Shown: piece after piece, positions 57,206 to 64,000 of the stretch
Layout of the letters: the number at the start of each line of letters is the position of its first letter
How positions within the stretch are numbered: position 1 is the first letter of the stretch
From: Deltaproteobacteria bacterium
GTDB lineage: Bacteria; Desulfobacterota; Binatia; UBA1149; CAYXZP01
Length of the DNA stretch: 64,000 nucleotides
Reading direction: 5' to 3'
Assembly (NCBI GenBank): GCA_046583365.1
Contig: JAYGCL010000027.1
Coordinates: 13,311-77,310 of the forward strand
Notes under the pieces: model-generated
The model's input: only the letters and a program-made list of their open reading frames with translations
Told to the model about the DNA's origin: nothing
The model's database searches: none
Position numbers and translations under genes: made by a program

Positions 57206-58075
57206 GTGCCGCAGGGAGCGTTTGTCGACCGTACCTCCCGTTTTGGACGCTTCTTGCTGGTTGCCCTGACCGCTTGGGCCGGCGCCCTGGCGGTTAACTC
57301 AGGCCTTGAGTTATGGCTCGCCCGCCAGGCCCCGCCCCCTAAGGTTGCTGCCGCCCGAATTCAGAAAAACCGGACCCCCACGGCCCGTACTTCCACCGAC
57401 ACATCAATAATACTGGCGCGCAACATATTCGGCAGCCAGACGGCCGACGGTGCCGAGGTCGGGGAGGCCGTGACCGCGATGGGCCTGAGGCTCAGGGGAA
57501 CCGCCCACGCCGGCGGCAAGGGGTTTGCCGTCTTTGAAAACATAGAAGGCAAACGACAGGATATCTTTGAAGTCGGCCAACGGATCTTTGAGGGCCCTAC
57601 CCTGGTCTCGGTCACCGAATCGTACGTAACGGTAAAAGAAGGGGGGCGGCACCTGACCATAGAACTCTTCGACAAAAATAAGGATGAGCAGACAGACAAA
57701 GCCGCCAGGCCCCCCACACAGGCACCGCATAGCCGGGGCATACGACCTACCTCGGCAGGCCGCTACCTCGTGGACCGCCGTGAGGTTGACTACTCAATAG
57801 ATAACTTGAACACCATCCTTACCCAGGCCAGAGCCGTGCCCCTGCTCAAGGATGGCCGTAGCCTGGGGTTCAGGCTCTTTAACATCCACTCGGGTTCGAT
57901 CTTCGAGCGCATGGGCCTGGAAAACGGGGATGTAGTACAAACGGTAAACGACGTGAAGTTGAGCGACCCATCAAAAGCCCTGGCCCTGCTCGACAGCATC
58001 CAGACCGTGGATTCGATAACCATCGACCTTTTGCGTAAGGATAAGCCTACGACTTTCGTCTATACAATAAAGTGA
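57206..58075 (+). CDS. gspC: Type II secretion protein GspC (HR + PDZ domains)
   Basis: N-terminal TM, RNIFG, LRLRGT, and a C-terminal PDZ domain (GFRL..I..GS....GL.NGDVV..VN). Confidence 0.9.
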   Translation: MPQGAFVDRTSRFGRFLLVALTAWAGALAVNSGLELWLARQAPPPKVAAARIQKNRTPTARTSTDTSIILARNIFGSQTADGAEVGEAVTAMGLRLRGTAHAGGKGFAVFENIEGKRQDIFEVGQRIFEGPTLVSVTESYVTVKEGGRHLTIELFDKNKDEQTDKAARPPTQAPHSRGIRPTSAGRYLVDRREVDYSIDNLNTILTQARAVPLLKDGRSLGFRLFNIHSGSIFERMGLENGDVVQTVNDVKLSDPSKALALLDSIQTVDSITIDLLRKDKPTTFVYTIK

Positions 58076-60105
58076 AGAACCCGATGCCGACGCCAGACGT
58101 GACAATCGCCAGCCTCCCCACCACGAGGGTCTTTGCCTGGCTGCTGGCCCTGGCCCTGCTCCTGCCCCCAGTGGCCGGCGCCCAAGCCAACCCCGCCGCG
58201 ACGGCCGGCCCCACAGAAGGCCAGGGCAAACTCAGCATCAACTTTGAAGAGGTCTCGCTGCCGGTATTCATCAAGTTTGTCAGCCGGGCTACCGGGCGCA
58301 ACTTCGTATTCTCCAACAAGGTAAGCGGCGCAGTCTCTGTGGTCTCGCCCACACCGGTGGACCCCGACCAGGCCATGGCCGTCCTCCATTCGGTACTTAC
58401 CGTGCGTGGACTTACCACGGTGGACGACGGCGCCGTGATCCGTATCGTACCCATAAAAGACGCACGCACGGCGGGGGCTGCCAGCCTGGACCCTTCAGGC
58501 GGCGGCTATACAACCCGCCTGTTACAACTCAAGCACGTCGATGCAGTCTCAATAGCGGCAACGCTGGCCAACCTGGCCTCCAAGGAGGGCGGATTGAGCG
58601 CCTACCCCGAGTCCAACACGCTTATCATAAGCGACACCGCCGCCAACGTGCTGCGCCTGTCCTCACTGATCAAGACCCTCGACATGCCCGACACCACCAG
58701 AAACATCGCAGTCATCCCTCTCAAACACGCCGATGCAGCCACCGTAGTCGACAAACTCGGCAGCCTCCTGTTCGAACCGTTGCCGATGGGACAAAAGGGC
58801 AAACCCGGCCCACGTCTGCCAACCTTCAGAATGGCCGCCGACCAGCGCACCAACTCGATCGTGGCCAAGGGGTCGTGGGCCCAGATTGCCAGAGTGCGAG
58901 CCCTGGTAGCGGGCATCGACAAGCCCCTTAAAGAGGGAGAGGAGAGGATCCACGTCTACCACGTGCGCAATGCCAACGCCGAGGCTCTGGTGAAAGTCGT
59001 GCGCGGGGTTGTATACGGCCGCAGCACAGGCGTAGAGACGGCCAAAGGTCAGGCGGGCGCACGACTCAGCAGCGGGCTGGCCGGCAACGTTGCGGTTACT
59101 TCCGACCCCACCACCAACTCGGTCATAGTTAATGCATCACTTTCGAACTTTCGCACCATCCGCAGTCTCCTCGAAAACCTCGACATCCAACGTCCCCAGG
59201 TCCTCGTTGAGGCCATAATCGTCGAAGTAACGGTGGACAGGTCGAAGGAAATCGGATTTGAGTTTCAAACCGGCGGCGACATCGGTGATGGAGTGGGTAT
59301 AGGGCGGGCCAGTCTTGCCAACATCAACGCGGCCATGACCAACCCCGCCTCCCTGTCGGGGCTGATCCTGGCCGCCACCAGCGACCGAACTATAAAACTT
59401 CCCGACGGCTCAGAGGTCCCGGCCCAGGTCGCGCTTTTCCAGGCCCTGGCCACCGACACCGACATCGAGATCCTGTCGGCCCCCACCCTGCTTACGCTGG
59501 ACAACGAAGAGGCCGAGATCGTGGTCGGTCAGAACGTCCCTTTCATAACCTCCCACGGTGTAGACCTCAGCGCGATCTCCAACGTCTTTACCACCGTCGA
59601 AAGACGCGATGTCGGTATCAAGTTGCGCATAACCCCCCAGGTCTCCGAAGGAGAGTCGGTTGTTCTACGTGTCAAGGTGGAAGTCTCAGCGGTTATACCG
59701 AGCGTGCTGTTGGACGAGGCCAAAGTCGGCCCGACCACAACCATACGTTCGGCAACAACCACAGTAAGCGTCAGCAACGGCCGCACCGCGGTGATCGGCG
59801 GCCTTATAAGCGACGTCGTGACCAAACAGACGGTCAAGGTGCCGTTGCTCGGCGACCTCCCTTTTATTGGCCGTTTTTTCCGCCGCGACCAGGACAAGAA
59901 GAGCAAGGTCAACCTGATCGTGTTTCTCACTCCCCACATCATACGTGGGAGCGAAGACCTGGAAGCCGCATCCAGGCAGCAGCGTGAGCAATACCGCCAG
60001 AGCACACGCCCGACGACATCCATCCCGCCGCCACCGCCGCCCTCCGAAACAACGGGAGCCGACCAGTTTCCACTATGGCCAAAGGCCGACGGACAGGCCC
60101 CCTGA
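58072..60105 (+). CDS. gspD: Type II secretion secretin GspD
   Basis: Signal peptide, N-domains, QVLVEAIIVEV, LDNEEA.I.VGQNVPF, KVPLLGDLPFIGRFF, LIVFLTPHII. Confidence 0.95.
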   Translation: MKNPMPTPDVTIASLPTTRVFAWLLALALLLPPVAGAQANPAATAGPTEGQGKLSINFEEVSLPVFIKFVSRATGRNFVFSNKVSGAVSVVSPTPVDPDQAMAVLHSVLTVRGLTTVDDGAVIRIVPIKDARTAGAASLDPSGGGYTTRLLQLKHVDAVSIAATLANLASKEGGLSAYPESNTLIISDTAANVLRLSSLIKTLDMPDTTRNIAVIPLKHADAATVVDKLGSLLFEPLPMGQKGKPGPRLPTFRMAADQRTNSIVAKGSWAQIARVRALVAGIDKPLKEGEERIHVYHVRNANAEALVKVVRGVVYGRSTGVETAKGQAGARLSSGLAGNVAVTSDPTTNSVIVNASLSNFRTIRSLLENLDIQRPQVLVEAIIVEVTVDRSKEIGFEFQTGGDIGDGVGIGRASLANINAAMTNPASLSGLILAATSDRTIKLPDGSEVPAQVALFQALATDTDIEILSAPTLLTLDNEEAEIVVGQNVPFITSHGVDLSAISNVFTTVERRDVGIKLRITPQVSEGESVVLRVKVEVSAVIPSVLLDEAKVGPTTTIRSATTTVSVSNGRTAVIGGLISDVVTKQTVKVPLLGDLPFIGRFFRRDQDKKSKVNLIVFLTPHIIRGSEDLEAASRQQREQYRQSTRPTTSIPPPPPPSETTGADQFPLWPKADGQAP

Positions 60106-60110
60106 CAGTC

Positions 60111-61826
60111 ATGACCCCGGCCGGCGACAGCGTTCTGGACAACCTGCTGCTGCGCACCGGGCTTACCCGTGAACAGATCACCGAGGCCCGCCAACAGGCC
60201 GTCTCGCCAGGCAGCCTCGGCGCCAGTCTCGAAGAGGTAGCCGGCCTGCCCGCCTCACGTTTTACCGCCCTGCTGGCAGAACGCTTCGGCCTGCCCTTTG
60301 CCACCAGCCTCGAGGACGGCCAACTCGACTGTTCGCTGCTCTCGCGGGTCTCGATGCAGTATTGCCGCCGCCACCAGGTGCTGCCCATGCGTGTGGTAAG
60401 CGGATGTTTGAAAGTAGCCACCTCGGACCCCGCGACCATCGGACCCCTCGATGATATGCGCGTGCTCTACGGCCGCGAGATCGAACCCCTGGTGATTCCA
60501 TCAACCGTACTCAGTGAGAACATCAACCGCGGTTTCGACCGGGCGGCGAGCCTGGCCTCAGAGGTCATCGCCGAGATCGCCATCGACGATGAGGAAGAAC
60601 TGGCCCTCAGTTCGGCCGAACTGGAGTCGACCGACCTGCTCGAGGCCAACGACGAAGCACCGGTAATCCGGTTGGTCAACTCCATCATCTTCAATGCCGT
60701 CAAAGCCGGCGCCAGCGACATACACCTGGAACCCTTTGAACGTTCGGTCTCGGTACGCCTGCGCATAGACGGCATGCTCGGCGAGATCCTCAACACTTCG
60801 AGCCGCATCCACGCCTCACTGGTTTCCAGGATCAAAGTCATGGCGGCGATGAACATTGCCGAGAGACGCCTGCCCCAGGACGGAGGCATCCGTACCCGCG
60901 TGGCCGGCAATGACATCGACATCCGCGTATCCACCATCCCCACCTACTTTGGCGAACGCGTGGTGATGAGACTGCTCGACCGCAACGCGGCCCTGCTGGG
61001 GTTGGAAGAACTCGGGTTCGGGGGCCTCAATCTGAAGGCCCTGCGACACCTGATTCACCAAAGCCACGGCATCGTACTGGTCACCGGCCCCACCGGCAGC
61101 GGCAAGACCACCTCGTTGTATGCCGCCCTGTCGGAAATAAACTCGGCCGAAAAAAACATCATCACGATAGAAGACCCGGTCGAGTACCAACTGCACGGTA
61201 TCGGCCAGATCCAGGTCAACCCGAAGATAGGACTGGGGTTTGCCGCCGGGCTGCGCTCGGTACTGAGACAGGACCCCGACATCATAATGGTCGGAGAGAT
61301 TCGCGACGGGGAAACCGCCAAAATCGCCATTCAAGCGGCCATGACGGGACACCTCGTCTTCAGCACCCTGCACACCAACGACTCCTTCAGCGCAGTGACC
61401 CGTCTCCTGGACATGGGCATAGAACCCTTCCTGGTCTCATCATCGGTAACCGCCATTCTCGCCCAACGCCTGGTAAGACTGCTGTGTCCGGCCTGCAGTC
61501 GGCCGGTTGCTGCCATGCAAAGCGGCCTGGCCGAACTCGGCCTCGGCTACCTGCTCGGCGACAACGATGGTCTGCGCTGCGAAGGTGACGGGTGCCAGGA
61601 CTGCCGTGGGTCGGGGTTCAGCGGACGCACGGCCATTGCCGAGGTGTTGGTCGTGGACGACGACATCCGCCGTCTCATCATGCAGAGGGCCGACAGTGCC
61701 ACTTTGAGGGAAACCGCGCTGGCCCGCGGCATGACGACCATACGCAGCGACGGTGCCGCCAAGGTGAGGGCCGGACTGACCTCGGTGGCCGAGGTGCTGC
61801 GTGTCACCGCCGACGACGGCGACTGA
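60111..61826 (+). CDS. gspE: Type II secretion ATPase GspE
   Basis: ASDIHLEP, PQDG, GPTGSGKTT, EDPVEY, LRQDPD..MVGEIRD, TGHLVFSTLHTN and CxxC pairs. Confidence 0.96.
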   Translation: MTPAGDSVLDNLLLRTGLTREQITEARQQAVSPGSLGASLEEVAGLPASRFTALLAERFGLPFATSLEDGQLDCSLLSRVSMQYCRRHQVLPMRVVSGCLKVATSDPATIGPLDDMRVLYGREIEPLVIPSTVLSENINRGFDRAASLASEVIAEIAIDDEEELALSSAELESTDLLEANDEAPVIRLVNSIIFNAVKAGASDIHLEPFERSVSVRLRIDGMLGEILNTSSRIHASLVSRIKVMAAMNIAERRLPQDGGIRTRVAGNDIDIRVSTIPTYFGERVVMRLLDRNAALLGLEELGFGGLNLKALRHLIHQSHGIVLVTGPTGSGKTTSLYAALSEINSAEKNIITIEDPVEYQLHGIGQIQVNPKIGLGFAAGLRSVLRQDPDIIMVGEIRDGETAKIAIQAAMTGHLVFSTLHTNDSFSAVTRLLDMGIEPFLVSSSVTAILAQRLVRLLCPACSRPVAAMQSGLAELGLGYLLGDNDGLRCEGDGCQDCRGSGFSGRTAIAEVLVVDDDIRRLIMQRADSATLRETALARGMTTIRSDGAAKVRAGLTSVAEVLRVTADDGD

Positions 61827-61831
61827 GCCCC

Positions 61832-63034
61832 TTGCCTTCTTACGCATACAAAGGAGTGGCCGCCTCCGGCCGCAGGGTCGAGGGCCGCATCGAGGCCGAC
61901 AGTCCCCGCAACGCGCGAGCGCGCCTGCGCCAACGGTCGGTGTTTGCATCCGAAGTCGAGGCCGCCGGCCCGCGCACCCGGGGCTGGATGGCAACCGGCA
62001 AAGTGCCGACGCGGCAGTTGGCCGCCACCTTGCGCCAACTGGCCACCCTGCTCGCCGCCGGCGTACCGCTGGTGGAAGCGGTCTCCTCGGTGGGCCGGCG
62101 CAATTCAAACGCCCGCATGGCAGCAGCCCTGGAATCGGCGGCTGCCCACATTACTGAGGGCGGAAGCCTGGAGGGGGCCATGGCCGACCAGGACGATGTC
62201 TTCCCATCAATGTACACGGGCATGGTGGGCGCCGGTGAGGCCAGCGGCTCCCTGGACCTGGTGCTTGAGAACATCGCAGATCACGCCGAAGCCGGGGCGC
62301 GCCTGCAAGCGCGGGTACGTATCGCACTCACCTATCCCATCATCATGGCCGTGGTCGGCACCCTCATCGTCTTCTTCCTTCTCGCCTACGTGGTCCCGCA
62401 GGTAACCCGGGTGTTCCTGGAGGCAAACCAGAGCCTGCCCCTGGCGACAAGGGCTCTGATGTGGCTGGGCCAGGCCGCGGCCGCCTACGGACTGCAGGCC
62501 CTGGCCCTGGTGGCGGCAGCCTCACTGGCCCTGCGTTCTTACCGACAAACCGAGCCTGGTCGGCGCAGACTGGACCGGCTGATGTTCTCACTTCCAAAGA
62601 TAGGCACGCTGGCCCGCGACGTGGCCTCGGCGCGACTGGCCCAGACCATGGCCACCACGCTTGCCGGTGGGCTCACTGTTGTGGCGGCCCTGGAGGCCAG
62701 CCGGACGGTGGCCGGGGGTGGTCTGGTGGCCGATGCTCTGGCCGAGGCCCAGGAGTCAATATCCGAAGGCCAATCGGTGGCCGACTGTCTGGAGCGCAGC
62801 GGTCTTTTCAACCCCATGCTCACCGACATGGTCGCGGTGGGGGAACGCAGCGGACAACTCGAAGAAATGCTTGCAAAGGCGGCCACCGTGCTTGACGAAG
62901 AAGTCCGCAGCCGCGTAGAAATCATGGCATCATTGCTTGAGCCGGCCATGATACTGGGAATGGCAGTGGTGGTACTCTTCGTTGTCCTTGCCATACTGTT
63001 GCCGGTCTTTGAGATGAACCAACTGGTCCGTTAG
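61832..63034 (+). CDS. gspF: Type II secretion platform protein GspF
   Basis: TTG start giving MPSYAYKG, RQLATLL.AG, AGEASGSL, ALTYP, VGERSGQL, LEPAMI. Confidence 0.95.
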   Translation: MPSYAYKGVAASGRRVEGRIEADSPRNARARLRQRSVFASEVEAAGPRTRGWMATGKVPTRQLAATLRQLATLLAAGVPLVEAVSSVGRRNSNARMAAALESAAAHITEGGSLEGAMADQDDVFPSMYTGMVGAGEASGSLDLVLENIADHAEAGARLQARVRIALTYPIIMAVVGTLIVFFLLAYVVPQVTRVFLEANQSLPLATRALMWLGQAAAAYGLQALALVAAASLALRSYRQTEPGRRRLDRLMFSLPKIGTLARDVASARLAQTMATTLAGGLTVVAALEASRTVAGGGLVADALAEAQESISEGQSVADCLERSGLFNPMLTDMVAVGERSGQLEEMLAKAATVLDEEVRSRVEIMASLLEPAMILGMAVVVLFVVLAILLPVFEMNQLVR

Positions 63035-63035
63035 G

Positions 63036-63458
63036 ATGCCAGCTATGCGAGAGAAAGGATTCACACTGATAGAGATTCTCGTGGTGGTCATGATTCTGGG
63101 CCTGCTCATCTCCCTGGCCGCACCACGGATCATCGGGCGAACCGACGAGGCCCGTGTCGTCAAGGCCATGGCCGACATACGCGCGCTCGAAGAGGGGCTA
63201 AACCTCTACAGGCTCGATTCCGGCATCTACCCCTCCACCGAGCAGGGGTTGGCCGGTCTGGTAACCAAGCCCACATCTCCCCCGGTCCCCCAGCGCTGGC
63301 GCGAGGACGGCTACTTTGAGCGCGTACCGCTGGACCCCTGGAACAACGACTTCATCTACGCCAGTGACGGCCGCAGCTATGTTTTGCGTAGCCTCGGTTC
63401 AGACGGTGAGGAAGGTGGCGACGGAGTTGACGCAGATATCGATTCCCGCGACTTCTAA
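63036..63458 (+). CDS. gspG: Major pseudopilin GspG
   Basis: GFTLIEILVV, Y.LD.G.YP..EQGL..L, DPW..., SLG.DG..GG.G.DADI. Confidence 0.96.
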   Translation: MPAMREKGFTLIEILVVVMILGLLISLAAPRIIGRTDEARVVKAMADIRALEEGLNLYRLDSGIYPSTEQGLAGLVTKPTSPPVPQRWREDGYFERVPLDPWNNDFIYASDGRSYVLRSLGSDGEEGGDGVDADIDSRDF

Positions 63459-63948
63459 GCCCTCTGACATCGGACGGGCGCAAGGGTTCACCCTCATCGA
63501 ACTCTCCGTCGTCCTTGTAATCATCGGCCTTCTCCTTGCCATGGCCTTGCCTCGCCTGCCCGCCCTCGAACACACACGCATGCAGGCGGCCGGGCGTCGT
63601 CTGGCTACCCTGGTTTCCTACCTCCACGACGAGGCAGCCCTGCGCGGCCGCGTATACCGACTCAGCCTCGACCCTGACCTCAACCGCTACGACGTGGCAA
63701 TGCTGGCCCCCTTTGCCGATGGCCACATCGCAAGTGAGTTCACACAGGCCTGGGACCCCTACGGGCGCGGGGCCGCCCTGCCCCAGGGCGTGTCGTTCGC
63801 CGCTTCCGGTTCCACCTATATATACTTTCTTCCTGAAGGAGGCGGCACCGAGTCTACAATCGAACTGATAGCGCAAGCCGGCGGCGGCCTGCGCGTCACC
63901 CTCGACCCGGTAACCGGACGCACGCAGATAGGCGACCTGCAACCATGA
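63427..63948 (+). CDS. gspH: Minor pseudopilin GspH-like
   Basis: QGFTLIELSVVLVII prepilin motif, YFLPEG. Probable TTG start at 63427 overlapping the end of gspG. Confidence 0.85.
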   Translation: MTQISIPATSKPSDIGRAQGFTLIELSVVLVIIGLLLAMALPRLPALEHTRMQAAGRRLATLVSYLHDEAALRGRVYRLSLDPDLNRYDVAMLAPFADGHIASEFTQAWDPYGRGAALPQGVSFAASGSTYIYFLPEGGGTESTIELIAQAGGGLRVTLDPVTGRTQIGDLQP

Positions 63949-64000
63949 GCAAACAGAGAGGTATGACTCTGCTTGAGGTGCTGATAGCCAGCGCCGTGCT
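63945..64000 (+). CDS. gspI: Minor pseudopilin GspI-like, partial
   Basis: ATGA overlap with the gspH stop. MSKQRGMTLLEVLIASAV prepilin motif; runs off the window end. Confidence 0.8.
   Translation, partial: MSKQRGMTLLEVLIASAV

Noticed and set aside
61592-61831. Long N-terminal extensions in the ORF track (gspF, gspH, xerD, lpxB, bamA, lysS, CBS)
   Set aside because: They overlap upstream genes or promoters. Downstream starts match the family N-termini and typical coupling overlaps.
1-64000. CRISPR array, IS element, prophage, rRNA or known riboswitch
   Set aside because: No regularly spaced repeats, transposases or phage genes were seen. Intergenic gaps are short, and the 88-bp gap before ecm leaves no room for a cobalamin riboswitch.

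Overview
GC-rich, very compact chromosomal segment of a Gram-negative bacterium. Gene content and order resemble delta-proteobacteria/Binatia-like lineages (inference only). Most of it is housekeeping: korA-korB-CBS; lpxL-like; ethylmalonyl-CoA mutase (ecm/meaA); a ~23.6 kb minus-strand run (pgi, mutL, miaA, pheA, hisC, tyrA, aroA, cmk, rpsA, ihfB, HIT, mutS, amidase, glnD, xerD, site-2 protease, trpS, scpA, scpB, rluB, tRNA-fMet); rpmB; a ~20.8 kb minus-strand envelope/lipid A run (lysS, lolC/E, lolD, bamA, skp, lpxA, lpxI, GnnA-like, lpxB, msbA, LpxJ-like, waaA, lpxK, epimerase, kdkA, yicC, gmk, rel, ridA); and the start of a type II secretion operon (gspC-D-E-F-G-H-I). I see no CRISPR array, IS element or prophage. 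The main points of interest are: (1) an accessory divergent module at 7.1-12.4 kb, with PP2C plus a secreted beta-helix protein facing YHYH/SHOCT protein, glutaredoxin and an effector-less STAND-like NTPase-TPR gene interrupted by one in-frame TGA; (2) recurrent promoters placed to give leaderless or near-leaderless transcripts, several lacking the -7 T; (3) an initiator tRNA with G1:A72 and C73 that appears to be transcribed from its mature 5' end; (4) a lipid A cluster pointing to non-enterobacterial chemistry.
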